NCBI GenBank assembly: GCA_022705945.1
Contig: JAKJDL010000002.1
Span: 127,150-191,149 of the forward strand
Reading direction: 5' to 3'
Length of the DNA stretch: 64,000 nt
From: Candidatus Omnitrophota bacterium
Lineage (GTDB): Bacteria; Omnitrophota; Omnitrophia; Omnitrophales; Aquincolibacteriaceae
Positions 19,059 to 31,242 of this stretch are shown piece after piece (the stretch's first letter is position 1; every line of letters starts with the position of its first letter). The position numbers were made by a program, and so were the translations under genes. A model generated the notes under the pieces. It saw only the letters and a program-made list of their open reading frames with translations. It had not been told where the DNA came from and ran no database searches.

Positions 19059-19275
19059 AAGCACGGGGAATCCGGACTGCGCCGACCTTAAAAATTTTGA
19101 AGAGAATCAGGTGCAGCCCAACCTTCTCACAAAAACTTCAAGGAAGATTGGACCACCCTTCATTAAACTGATGGAGGGAATTCATCATCCGCAAAAGTCC
19201 CCCCTGATTTTCCTTTCACCCGTTCATTAAATCTTGTATCCTGTTTCCCTAAATCAGGAGAGGCTGGCGAAACAG

Positions 19276-20649
19276 ATGAAACATATCTTGGTTATAAGCG
19301 CACGCGAAACTTTCGCGGCGCTGAAAGAAATCCTTTCCAAACTGCCGGTCCGGCAGACCCTTCTCGAGCCCGAACGAGGGGCCTTGCCTGCCGACAAGGA
19401 TCAGTTTGCGGGCCCGTGGGACCTGGTGATTTTTGACTGCGGAGAGGTTTTGAAATCAGAGAACGACCGGATTCCTCCCTGCTGGGAAGAATACATTTCA
19501 AAATTTGAGGGGCCTGTTTTGTTTGTCTCTCCGTGGAGGAGTATACAGGTGATTGATGAAGCGTTTCGTTTGGGTGCCGATGATTTTGCCGTTAAGCCGT
19601 TTCAAATCCGCGAATTGTTGCTCCGTGTCAACGCTCTCCTTGAAAAAAGAAGCAGGATTGTGTGTATCGGGGGAGGCACCGGCCTATTTACCGTGCTGAC
19701 GGGGCTTAAAACCCTTCCCCACGTCCATTTAAGTTCGATCGTCAGCATGAGTGACAGCGGGGGGTCGTCGGGCCGTTTGAGGATGAGCTTCGGGATGCTG
19801 CCTCCGGGCGATGTCCGGAGGAGTCTCGTGGCTCTTTCAAACGCCCCGGAACTGATGAACCGGGTCCTTCAATATCGATTTAAACGCGGGGACGAACTCG
19901 AGGGCCATAATTTCGGAAATCTGTTCCTCGCGGCGCTCTCCGAGATCACGGGCTCCATGCCGGACGCGATCCGGGTCCTTTCGGATATCCTGAATATCCA
20001 GGGCATCGTGATCCCCGCCAGTTGCGACCTTACAAATCTCGTGGCCGAGTTCGAGGACGGAAGCGTCGTGAAGGAAGAAAAAGAGATCAGTGAGTGCAAA
20101 AACCGGAATCCGGCGCTTAAGATCAGAAAAGTTTATCACAAGCCCTCCACTTCCTGTAACCCGGACGCCTACGCGGCCATTTTGTTCGCTCATCAGATCC
20201 TGATCGGTCCCGGCGACCTCTATACGAGCATCATCGCCAATTTTGCCATTCAGGGTGTGCCGGAGGCCTTGCGGAAAACAAAGGCGGGAAAGGTTTATAT
20301 CGTGAACGTCATGACAAAGCCCGGCGAGACCATGGATTACTTTGCCGAAGACCATGTGCGCGAGATCCAGAAATATCTCGGAGGCGACTGTCTGGACCAT
20401 GTGCTTGATTCCTCGTCATTCGTTCCGGCCGAACGACTCGGCAAGTACCGGGCCCTGAATCAGCGTCCCGTGATCGTTCGGGATGAACGAACCCTGCATA
20501 AAATGACAAAAGCAAAGATCGTTTCGGTGGACATTGTTTCGGACAGTCTTTTGGTCCGGCACGATCCCGAGAAGCTGAAGGTCGAGATTGAAAAGATCGT
20601 CAGTCACAGGAGTAAGCATGGCCATGCCGACAGGGAGCAAAAGTCGTGA
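19276..20649 (+). CDS. Fusion protein: N-terminal receiver-like (pseudo-REC) domain plus YvcK/CofD-family (gluconeogenesis factor, UPF0052) domain
   Basis: N-terminal 130 aa has CheY-like topology (MKHILVIS...LVIFDCGE...) but lacks the DD acidic pocket. The C-terminal part carries the YvcK/CofD signature IVCIGGGTGLFTVLTGLK...SMSDSGGSSGRLR. Confidence 0.7.
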   Translation: MKHILVISARETFAALKEILSKLPVRQTLLEPERGALPADKDQFAGPWDLVIFDCGEVLKSENDRIPPCWEEYISKFEGPVLFVSPWRSIQVIDEAFRLGADDFAVKPFQIRELLLRVNALLEKRSRIVCIGGGTGLFTVLTGLKTLPHVHLSSIVSMSDSGGSSGRLRMSFGMLPPGDVRRSLVALSNAPELMNRVLQYRFKRGDELEGHNFGNLFLAALSEITGSMPDAIRVLSDILNIQGIVIPASCDLTNLVAEFEDGSVVKEEKEISECKNRNPALKIRKVYHKPSTSCNPDAYAAILFAHQILIGPGDLYTSIIANFAIQGVPEALRKTKAGKVYIVNVMTKPGETMDYFAEDHVREIQKYLGGDCLDHVLDSSSFVPAERLGKYRALNQRPVIVRDERTLHKMTKAKIVSVDIVSDSLLVRHDPEKLKVEIEKIVSHRSKHGHADREQKS

Positions 20650-21578
20650 AATATGCGGTCGGTATTGATATCGGCGGAACGAAGATCTCCGTGACGCTCG
20701 GGACTTCGACCGGAAAGATCCTGGCGCGAAAAAAGATATTTACCCGGCCCGGCGCACGGAGCAAGGCCTGTCTCAAAGAAATTGTCGCGGGCGTCGAGAT
20801 TGCCCTCCGGGAATCCGGGGTTCCCGCGAAGCGGCTCCTCGGCATTGGCGTCGGCGCTCCGGGCGCGGTGAACCCGAGAAAAGGAATCCTACCGCGCTCT
20901 CCCAATCTTCCCGGTTGGGCCGGCATTCCCATCGCCCGAATCCTCGGGAAAAAGTTCAGGCTTCCCGTTTATATCGCCAATGACGCGAACGCGGCGGCGC
21001 TTGGTGAATCGGTATTTGGCGCCGGTAAAAGAATCAACGACCTTATCTACGTTACGGTCAGTACCGGGGTCGGGAGCGGGATTGTTATCCGCGGGGGAGT
21101 GTACGAAGGTGCGGGGTTTGTGGCCGGGGAATTCGGGCACATGAGCATCGTCCCTGAAGGCCGGAAATGTAACTGCGGAAGGCGGGGCTGTCTTGAAACT
21201 TATGCGTCGGGGACCGCGATCGCACGCCGTTATCATGAACTAACCGGACGGAAAATTGAAGGCGCGAAGGAAGTCGGGACCGCCGCATCAAAAGGGGATA
21301 AAAGCGCGGTCAAGAGTTACCGGGAAGCCGCCTATTACCTTGGGATCGGTCTTGCGAATCTTATGAATGTCCTGAATCCGGAAGCGATCGTCGTCGGAGG
21401 CGGTGTGTTGAAATCAGCGCCGGCAATTTATTGGAAAGAGATCCTCCGAAGCGCGAAAGATCACGCGTGGCCCGAAGCTTTCAGGACGACAAAAATCCTC
21501 AGATCACCGCTGGTGGGCCAATCCGGCGATTTTGGTGCCCTGGCGCTGGTTTTTAAAAACGGACACGGGCGCCTGTAG
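20646..21578 (+). CDS. ROK-family sugar kinase (glucokinase-like)
   Basis: MKYAVGIDIGGTKI N-terminus and the ROK zinc motif CNCGRRGCLETYASG. A GTG start overlaps the previous stop. Confidence 0.8.
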   Translation: MKYAVGIDIGGTKISVTLGTSTGKILARKKIFTRPGARSKACLKEIVAGVEIALRESGVPAKRLLGIGVGAPGAVNPRKGILPRSPNLPGWAGIPIARILGKKFRLPVYIANDANAAALGESVFGAGKRINDLIYVTVSTGVGSGIVIRGGVYEGAGFVAGEFGHMSIVPEGRKCNCGRRGCLETYASGTAIARRYHELTGRKIEGAKEVGTAASKGDKSAVKSYREAAYYLGIGLANLMNVLNPEAIVVGGGVLKSAPAIYWKEILRSAKDHAWPEAFRTTKILRSPLVGQSGDFGALALVFKNGHGRL

Positions 21579-21642
21579 CTCAATTGGATAGAGCATCTGC
21601 CTTCGGAGCAGAGGGTTGCAGGTTCAAGTCCTGCCAGGCGCG
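21569..21642 (+). tRNA. tRNA-Arg (anticodon TCG)
   Basis: Acceptor GCGCCTG/CAGGCGC, D-arm GCTC/GAGC, anticodon stem TCTGC/GCAGA with loop CTTCGGA, T-loop TTCAAGT. The 5' end overlaps the last codons of the ROK gene. Confidence 0.7.
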
Positions 21643-21778
21643 CTTGGATGATCGATGGCTCTCCCACAAGGTGTAAACGAATCCGCCCGATCTTTGCGGC
21701 GGACAATCGGATAAAGGAACTGCCTTTGGAACGGAAGGTTGCGGGCCTCCTTCGACCAACGGTCGAGATGGTGACCCT

Positions 21779-22657
21779 ATGCTGAATTACAGGTCCTGCC
21801 GGGCGAGATGTTTTCTAACCGCGTCAGTCTATGTGTTGACGGCATCGATCTTCCTGGGCGGATGCGCCACAACCGCTGATCGGGGGATTGACGCCGACGC
21901 GGTTCAACTCTCTCAAAAAAATCATGATGAGCACGCCGTCGGTGCCGAGATCCACCGCGAGATCCTTTCCCGGTTCTATCCCTATACGGATTCCAAGGTC
22001 GTCCGCTATATCAACGAAATCGGGCAAGGCATTGGATGTCACGCGAAGCGGCAGGATTTGGTTTACCGGTTTACGATCCTTTACGACGAAAAGATATACG
22101 CGACCTCCGCGCCGGGCGGATATATTTATCTCACGACGGGAATGCTGAACTTCCTTCAAAATGAAGCCGAGCTCGCCTCCGTCCTCGCGCACGAGATCGG
22201 GCGCTTGCAGTATAAAGATCCCCGTTTCACCCAAAGCGATGATGTCCTGAACGCGGCCACCCAGGCGGGAGCTTCTATTGCCCCGATGTTCGGGCCGATA
22301 GGGTCCCTGGCATCTCTCGGACTTGTTCTGCTTCAGGCGTATGTGGACAGCACGCAGCGGACACCCGAGCAGCTGCTTGTAGAGAGCGACCAGAGAGCGA
22401 TGAATTATCTTTTGGCCGCGGGATATGATCCCCAGGCGCTGATGGACACGCTGGAATATTTTCTGAAGGCGGGAGAAAAGACCGTCCCGCTCTTCTATGA
22501 CTACTATCAGTCAAGGCCCATCACGGAAGAACGCATTCTTGCGGTCCGGCGAAACTTCCAAAAACTCCCGCTTTCCGAAAAAAGCCTTCAAACGCGTCCT
22601 TTTGAATACCAGGAAGTGACCAAAGGAGTCCGGGAAATCTACAAATCATCCCGCTAG
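21779..22657 (+). CDS. M48-family zinc metallopeptidase lipoprotein
   Basis: Lipoprotein signal peptide (ASIFLGGC). HEIGR zinc motif within SVLAHEIGRLQYKD. Confidence 0.7.
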   Translation: MLNYRSCRARCFLTASVYVLTASIFLGGCATTADRGIDADAVQLSQKNHDEHAVGAEIHREILSRFYPYTDSKVVRYINEIGQGIGCHAKRQDLVYRFTILYDEKIYATSAPGGYIYLTTGMLNFLQNEAELASVLAHEIGRLQYKDPRFTQSDDVLNAATQAGASIAPMFGPIGSLASLGLVLLQAYVDSTQRTPEQLLVESDQRAMNYLLAAGYDPQALMDTLEYFLKAGEKTVPLFYDYYQSRPITEERILAVRRNFQKLPLSEKSLQTRPFEYQEVTKGVREIYKSSR

Positions 22658-22685
22658 CACTTCCCTGGGGACATCAGCCTTTTTG

Positions 22686-22714
22686 TTGTAAAAAAAAACC
22701 TTCTAAAGTAGAAT
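22686..22714 (+). promoter_or_regulatory. sigma70-like promoter for the tRNA-Lys/Leu/Gly cluster (-35 TTGTAA, 17-nt spacer, -10 TAGAAT)
   Basis: TTGTAA at 22686-22691 and TAGAAT at 22709-22714, about 43 nt upstream of tRNA-Lys. Confidence 0.35.
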
Positions 22715-22757
22715 ACGCCCTCCCAAGGCCCCATTTTTTGGAAATGCATGATTCCCT

Positions 22758-22830
22758 GCGCCCTTAGCTCAGCTGGTAGAGCAAGTGACTCTTAATCACT
22801 GGGTCGAAGGTTCGAGCCCTTCAGGGCGCA
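22758..22830 (+). tRNA. tRNA-Lys (anticodon CTT)
   Basis: Acceptor GCGCCCT/AGGGCGC, D-arm GCTC...GAGC, anticodon stem AGTGA/TCACT with loop CTCTTAA, T-loop TTCGAGC. Confidence 0.8.
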
Positions 22831-22952
22831 CTTTGTTTTGTCTTGATCCATTGACCGTTACGGGGCCGGGAGGCCCGGCCTTGATCGGAATGGAAGATGG
22901 CTGGAACCTCGGTGATTTTCCATCAAAAATGAACAGTTTTTTTGAATTTGTG

Positions 22953-23033
22953 CGGCTGTGGCGGAATTGGCAGACGCGCAGGACTTAGGATCCTGTACCG
23001 CAAGGTGTGGGGGTTCAAGTCCCTCCAGCCGCA
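22953..23033 (+). tRNA. tRNA-Leu (anticodon TAG), long variable arm
   Basis: Acceptor GCGGCTG/CAGCCGC, anticodon stem CAGGA/TCCTG with loop CTTAGGA, extended variable arm ACCGCAAGGTGT, T-loop TTCAAGT. Confidence 0.75.
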
Positions 23034-23285
23034 AATTCAAGAAAGTTTTTTGAGAGCCGGTGCGAACGCGCCCGCTATAAAACTTGGGCGGGTCCCTGCA
23101 ACGGCACTTGTCGGACGGGACCTGGGATTCTATGCCGCAAGGTGTAGGGATTCTCCGACAAGGGTATGGGTTTGTTTGCCCGGGATACTGAGCGAAAAGT
23201 CCCTCCCGAAAGACATGAAAATTGACTTTGCGGATAGGTGATTTTAGAATACCGGTCCTTCGAGCCGGAAAGACTTACCCTTAAT

Positions 23286-23356
23286 GCGAGTGTAGCATAG
23301 TGGTAATGCACTGCCTTGCCAAGGCAGCTACGAGGGTTCGATTCCCTCCACTCGCT
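23286..23356 (+). tRNA. tRNA-Gly (anticodon GCC)
   Basis: Acceptor GCGAGTG/CACTCGC, anticodon stem CTGCC/GGCAG with loop TTGCCAA, T-loop TTCGATT. Confidence 0.8.
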
Positions 23357-23506
23357 CTCTTTAGGATTTGATAGTTCAAATCCGGTTGTTTTGTTCTGCT
23401 TTGTCCATCGGGTCCTGTGGCGGACTTCGCAGGAATAAGAAGCGGTTTCATAAGTCATTTTTCTGTTTTCAACCCCCCGGGAACATCGGGTTTGAAAATG
23501 CTTGCG

Positions 23507-23527
23507 AAGCTGCTTCGGGCAGCTTTT
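23507..23527 (+). terminator. GC hairpin with UUCG-type loop and short T-tract downstream of the tRNA cluster
   Basis: aagctgc-ttcgg-gcagctttt. Confidence 0.3.
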
Positions 23528-23600
23528 GAAAAATCGAAGTGATTTTTCGCATCCCTGAAAAGCGGATCATTAAATTGATCTGACAACAAAGAAAGAATCG

Positions 23601-24953
23601 GTGTTTCGAATGGACATTTTTAAGAAGAAGAAAGACGATAATCCCCAAACTGATAATGCCGCGCCCGAGGTTGACGAGGCCGCACCATTCAAAATAAAGC
23701 TCCAGGATGGAAAAGCCTGCGAGAAGATCCTCACGATCGAGATCGGCCAGGACAAGATCCGCGGGGAATATGAAAGCTATTATCATGCGATCGCCCCCAA
23801 AGCCAACGTTCCGGGTTTCCGACCGGGCCGGGCACCGCGCGAAGTCCTGGAAATGCACTATGAAAAACACGCGAATGACGCCGTTCTTGAACAGCTGCTT
23901 TCCGATAGTCTGCCTCGTGCGCTTCGTGATAAAAAACTCCGGCCTTTAACGACCCCCGAACTCAAAGACATCCGGTTCTCCAGGGAAAAACTGAGTTATA
24001 AGGCGCATGTCGAAATCCGTCCCAGGGTAAAGCTTTCCAAAGTCGAAGGGCTTAGCGCGAAAAAGGAAAAAGCCGAAGTGAAGGACGAGGAAGTCGAAAA
24101 ATCGATCCAGAACCTTCGCGAAAGGCATTGTCAATACAAGGTTGTCGATCGCCCGGCCGCCATGGGTGATTTCGTGATCGCGGATTATGTCTGCACGATT
24201 GAAGGCAAGGAGCTTGAAAAACGAAAAGATGACTGGATTGAGCTGAAAACGTCCGAATATCTGAAGGGATTTTCAGAACAGCTGGTCGGGGTCAAGGCGG
24301 GCGAAACGAGGGAAGTGCGGTTGACCATGCCTGCCGATATGCAAAACAAAAACATGGCCGGCAAACCCGCGACGTTCAAAATGGAGATCAAAGAGGTCAA
24401 GGAAAAGATCCTCCCGGAAGTTGACGATGATCTTGCCAAACAGGCCGGCGATTACAAAGATCTGACCGATCTCCGTGACAAATTGAAGCAGGATCTGTTG
24501 AAACGCCTCCAGGCCGAAAAAGAGGCCGCTTTTGAGCAATCCCTTTTTGACGAACTCCTGAAGCATAACAAACTGGATATCCCGCAGGGGCTTTTGGCCC
24601 GCCGAACCGAACATCTGATCGAGCAGGCGAAACAGCGCTTCATTTATCAGGGCGGGACCGAGGAACTCTTCGATCAGGAAAAGGAAAAAGCCAGAAAAGA
24701 ATTCGAAGCCGAAGCGAAACGGCAGATCCATCTGGCTTTTCTGCTGGATGAGATCGCGGAGGTTCAGCAGATCACGACCGGGGAAGCGGATCTGAAGGCG
24801 AAATATGCCGAGCTTGCGGAACGTTACCGGCAGCCGGCGGAGACGATAGAAAAATATTATCAAGAGCACAAAGAAGCGCTAGAATCCCTGACTGATCAGG
24901 TCCGGAACGAGAAAGTTATCGAATACCTTAAATCAAACGCCAAGGTTAATTGA
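23601..24953 (+). CDS. tig: Trigger factor
   Basis: Ribosome-binding N-domain (GFRPGRAPREVLEMHY), FKBP-like middle domain and C-terminal chaperone domain. 450 aa, with a short K-rich N-terminal extension. Confidence 0.85.
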   Translation: MFRMDIFKKKKDDNPQTDNAAPEVDEAAPFKIKLQDGKACEKILTIEIGQDKIRGEYESYYHAIAPKANVPGFRPGRAPREVLEMHYEKHANDAVLEQLLSDSLPRALRDKKLRPLTTPELKDIRFSREKLSYKAHVEIRPRVKLSKVEGLSAKKEKAEVKDEEVEKSIQNLRERHCQYKVVDRPAAMGDFVIADYVCTIEGKELEKRKDDWIELKTSEYLKGFSEQLVGVKAGETREVRLTMPADMQNKNMAGKPATFKMEIKEVKEKILPEVDDDLAKQAGDYKDLTDLRDKLKQDLLKRLQAEKEAAFEQSLFDELLKHNKLDIPQGLLARRTEHLIEQAKQRFIYQGGTEELFDQEKEKARKEFEAEAKRQIHLAFLLDEIAEVQQITTGEADLKAKYAELAERYRQPAETIEKYYQEHKEALESLTDQVRNEKVIEYLKSNAKVN

Positions 24954-24992
24954 CAGGCTGCGTCCGCAGCTTCCAGTCCCAGGAGGTTTAAT

Positions 24993-25589
24993 ATGAGCTA
25001 CTTGGTACCGATGGTTATTGAAACGACCGGTAAAGGCGAAAGGGCCTATGATATTTACTCCAGGCTTCTCAAGGAGAGGATCGTCATGATCGGGACTCCG
25101 ATCGATGATACGGTCTCGAATCTCATTATCGCGCAAATGCTTTTCCTCAACATGGAAGATCCCGGCAAGGATATTAATGTGTATATCAATTCTCCGGGAG
25201 GATCCGTGACGGCGGGTCTTGCGATCTACGATACGATGCAGTTCGTCAAATGCGGTGTCGCAACCTATTGTATCGGTCAGGCGGCCAGCATGGGAGCGTT
25301 TCTCCTCGCGGCCGGCAACAAGGGGAAACGATTTGCGCTTCCGAACGCGCGGGTCATGATTCATCAGCCCTGGGGCGGCGCGCAGGGAACGGCTTCCGAT
25401 ATCCATATCCAGGCCAGGGAGATCCTGAAATTGAAAGACCAGCTGAATCAGCTGCTTGCCCGGCATACGGGAAAATCCAAAGAGCAGATCGAAAAGGATA
25501 CGGACCGCGACTATTTCATGTCCGCGGAAGAATCCAGAAATTACGGTATTGTCGATCACGTTATCACTTCTAAAACGGAGATTAAATAA
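24993..25589 (+). CDS. clpP: ATP-dependent Clp protease proteolytic subunit
   Basis: ClpP motifs ([20 protein letters not shown]; catalytic Ser in [11 protein letters not shown]; MIHQP). 198 aa. Confidence 0.9.
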   Translation: MSYLVPMVIETTGKGERAYDIYSRLLKERIVMIGTPIDDTVSNLIIAQMLFLNMEDPGKDINVYINSPGGSVTAGLAIYDTMQFVKCGVATYCIGQAASMGAFLLAAGNKGKRFALPNARVMIHQPWGGAQGTASDIHIQAREILKLKDQLNQLLARHTGKSKEQIEKDTDRDYFMSAEESRNYGIVDHVITSKTEIK

Positions 25590-25590
25590 A

Positions 25591-26712
25591 ATGATCAATC
25601 CAGCTATTCTTTTAACTCCCGGTCCCACGCCGGTCCCCGAAGCGATCCGCAAACTGATGGCTGAGCCTATTTTTCATCATCGAACGCCCCAATACCGCAA
25701 GATCTTCGGGGACGTGTCGGAGCGGCTCAAGAAAGTTTTTTTAACGGAAAATCCGGTTTACACATTTGCGGGATCGGGGACGCTTGCCATGGAAGCGGCC
25801 CTCGTGAATTTTCATTCGGCGGGTGACAAGGTCCTTGTGGTCGAGAACGGAAAATTTGCGGAGCGTTTTACCTTGATCGCGAAGGCGTTCGGCCTGAATC
25901 CGGTTTCCCTGAAGGTTCCCTACGGCGAAGCGCCCGCTCCCAGGCAGATCGGGGAGGCGCTCGCAAAGGACAAGGATATCAGGGCCGTTTGCGTTCAGCT
26001 TTGTGAAACTTCTACCGCGGTTTTAAGCGACGTTAAAGCGATCGGAGAGATCGTTTCAAAGACGGACGCGCTTTTGATCGTGGACGCGATATCGGGCCTT
26101 GGCGCTGACCGGCTCGAAACGGATAAGTGGCATGTGGACCTCGTGATCAGCGGTTCGCAGAAAGCCCTGATGCTGCCCCCGGGACTCGCGTTCCTGAGCG
26201 TCAGCCCGAAAGCGAAAGCCCGGATGGCGACGGCGAAACTGCCGCGTTATTACTACGATCTCAGGCATTATGAAAAATCGATAGCCGACAATGATACGCC
26301 GTGGACTCCGGCGTTGACGCTTGTCCTTGGCCTTCAGAAATCCCTTGAGATGATCGAGGCCGAGGGCGTTGACAATATTTTCAGGCGTTGCGCCGAAAAC
26401 GCACAATACACGCGCGACACGCTTCAAAAGATGGGTTTAAAGCTTTTTTCGAAAGCCCCATCTTCGACCGTGACGGCCGCCTGCGTGCCGGAAGGGATTG
26501 ACGGCGAGAAGCTCTGCAAGATCATGCGCGATGAAAAGGGAGTGGTGGTCGCCGGCGGGCAGGGCGAGCAGATGAAAGGAAAGATCATACGGATCTGCCA
26601 CATGGGGGCGATCGGACGCAAAGAGATCGAGACGGGTCTTGGAGTGCTTGAGGAAACCCTCAAGGAAATGAAATCATCCTCCGGATCTTCCTGTTGTTGT
26701 TCCTGCAAATAA
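25591..26712 (+). CDS. Class V PLP aminotransferase (serine-glyoxylate / phosphoserine aminotransferase-like) with Cys-rich C-terminal tail
   Basis: Class V aminotransferase fold (AILLTPGPTPVPEAI...SGSQKALMLPPGLAF). True start at MINPAIL (ATG 25591, one nt after the clpP stop). Unusual tail SSSGSSCCCSCK. Confidence 0.75.
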   Translation: MINPAILLTPGPTPVPEAIRKLMAEPIFHHRTPQYRKIFGDVSERLKKVFLTENPVYTFAGSGTLAMEAALVNFHSAGDKVLVVENGKFAERFTLIAKAFGLNPVSLKVPYGEAPAPRQIGEALAKDKDIRAVCVQLCETSTAVLSDVKAIGEIVSKTDALLIVDAISGLGADRLETDKWHVDLVISGSQKALMLPPGLAFLSVSPKAKARMATAKLPRYYYDLRHYEKSIADNDTPWTPALTLVLGLQKSLEMIEAEGVDNIFRRCAENAQYTRDTLQKMGLKLFSKAPSSTVTAACVPEGIDGEKLCKIMRDEKGVVVAGGQGEQMKGKIIRICHMGAIGRKEIETGLGVLEETLKEMKSSSGSSCCCSCK

Positions 26713-26759
26713 AAAGCGAACGGGCTGTTTCAACAGGAATAAAAAACGGAGATGAGAAA

Positions 26760-29706
<2,947 letters not shown>

Positions 29707-29719
29707 GGCAGGAGGCCCC

Positions 29720-30448
29720 ATGCTGAATGAAATACCCCGACACGTTGCGATCATCATGGATGGCAACGGACGCTGGGCGAAGCGCCGGGGGTTTCCCCGC
29801 ATTCGGGGCCATGAGGAAGGCGTCCGCCGCGTCGAAGAAGTCGTCCGAGCCGCCCAGGACATGGGGATACGGTATCTTACCCTCTACACTTTTTCCAAAG
29901 AGAACTGGCGGCGTCCCAGGGAGGAAGTCAATTTTTTGATGAATCTTCTTTCCTCCTATCTTGACGGCAAAATCAACGGACTGATCGAGGATAACGTGAT
30001 CCTGAACATGATCGGCGAGTTAAATGACCTTCCCGAAAACCTTCAAAAAAAACTTCTCAGGACGCGGAAGGACTCCGAGAAAAATACCGGGATCACCCTC
30101 ACCCTGGCCCTGAGCTATTCTTCCCGCGCCGAGATTGTTCAGGCTTGCGCGAAGATCGCCCGGGAAGTAAAAAGCGGAAAACTGGATCCCGACAGGATCG
30201 ATGAAGCTACGGTGAGCGGGAATCTTTTTACGTCGGGGATGCCGGATCCGGAACTTTTGATCCGGACCAGCGGAGAGATGCGGATCAGCAATTTTCTTCT
30301 CTGGCAGATTTCCTACAGCGAACTTTACGTGACGCAAAAACTCTGGCCGGAATTTACCCGCGAAGAACTTGAAAAAGCGGTCACCGATTATCGAAGCAGG
30401 GAGCGGAGATTTGGGACTACCGAAGCCGTGAAAGGACTGCCCAGATGA
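29720..30448 (+). CDS. uppS: Undecaprenyl-diphosphate synthase (isoprenyl transferase)
   Basis: HVAIIMDGNGRWAKRRG and ENWRRP motifs. Confidence 0.9.
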   Translation: MLNEIPRHVAIIMDGNGRWAKRRGFPRIRGHEEGVRRVEEVVRAAQDMGIRYLTLYTFSKENWRRPREEVNFLMNLLSSYLDGKINGLIEDNVILNMIGELNDLPENLQKKLLRTRKDSEKNTGITLTLALSYSSRAEIVQACAKIAREVKSGKLDPDRIDEATVSGNLFTSGMPDPELLIRTSGEMRISNFLLWQISYSELYVTQKLWPEFTREELEKAVTDYRSRERRFGTTEAVKGLPR

Positions 30449-31242
30449 GCACTCTTGCGAAACGCGTCGGAATGTCGTGCATCCTGATACCGATGAGCGT
30501 CGTCGTGATCTTTTACGCCCCGCACTGGGTTTTTTTTGCTGTGGTCGAGGGATTCATCCTTCTTGCGCTGAACGAATTTTTTTCGATCGCCGAGAACAAG
30601 GGGCTGATCATCCATCGCGGGTTTGGACTATGCTTCGGAGCCCTTCTCCCGCTGGCCGCGTATTCGTCCCTCCAGCTGCCGTTGCTTTTGGGAGCCTGCG
30701 TTGCACTTTTTATCTTTCTTTTCAACCGCCGTTCTCCTGACCGCACGATTACAAGCGTCGCCGTGAGCGTATTCGGAATCATCTATGTCGCATGGTTCTT
30801 TTCCTATCTGATCAAGCTGAGGCTTCTCCCGGACGGAGCCTTGTGGGTGTTCTATACCATTCTGATCGTCAAGGCGGGGGACGCGGGAGCTTACTTTGTC
30901 GGCAAGAGGTTTGGGAAGACAAAACTTCTTCCGCTTGTGAGTCCGGATAAATCCGTTGAGGGGGCGATCGGCCAAATGTTAACGACCGTCGGGCTTTCGA
31001 TGGCGGGTCTTTTTTTCATCGATGTTGCTTGGTATCACATGCTGTTGCTGGGGCTCGGAGTGGGAGGCCTCGCGGTTTTCGGGGATTTGGCGGAAAGTCT
31101 TATCAAGCGGGACGGCGGCGTCAAGGATTCGGGACATCTGCCGGGGCTTGGCGGCGTGCTGGATGTGATCGACAGCCTTCTTTTTGCGGTTCCGTTTGTC
31201 TATTTTTACCTGACCTACGTCCTCGGTCTCGAGCGGTTATGA
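30445..31242 (+). CDS. cdsA: Phosphatidate cytidylyltransferase
   Basis: Multi-TM protein with CTP-transferase signature (GKRFGKTKLLPLVSPDKSVEGAIG...GDLAESLIKRD..GVKDSG). Confidence 0.8.
   Translation: MSTLAKRVGMSCILIPMSVVVIFYAPHWVFFAVVEGFILLALNEFFSIAENKGLIIHRGFGLCFGALLPLAAYSSLQLPLLLGACVALFIFLFNRRSPDRTITSVAVSVFGIIYVAWFFSYLIKLRLLPDGALWVFYTILIVKAGDAGAYFVGKRFGKTKLLPLVSPDKSVEGAIGQMLTTVGLSMAGLFFIDVAWYHMLLLGLGVGGLAVFGDLAESLIKRDGGVKDSGHLPGLGGVLDVIDSLLFAVPFVYFYLTYVLGLERL

Noticed and set aside
22942-23241. 99-aa + strand ORF and 127-aa - strand ORF (23075-23458) in the tRNA cluster
   Set aside because: Both span tRNA-Leu or tRNA-Gly genes and the inter-tRNA spacer; they are artefacts of the ORF caller.
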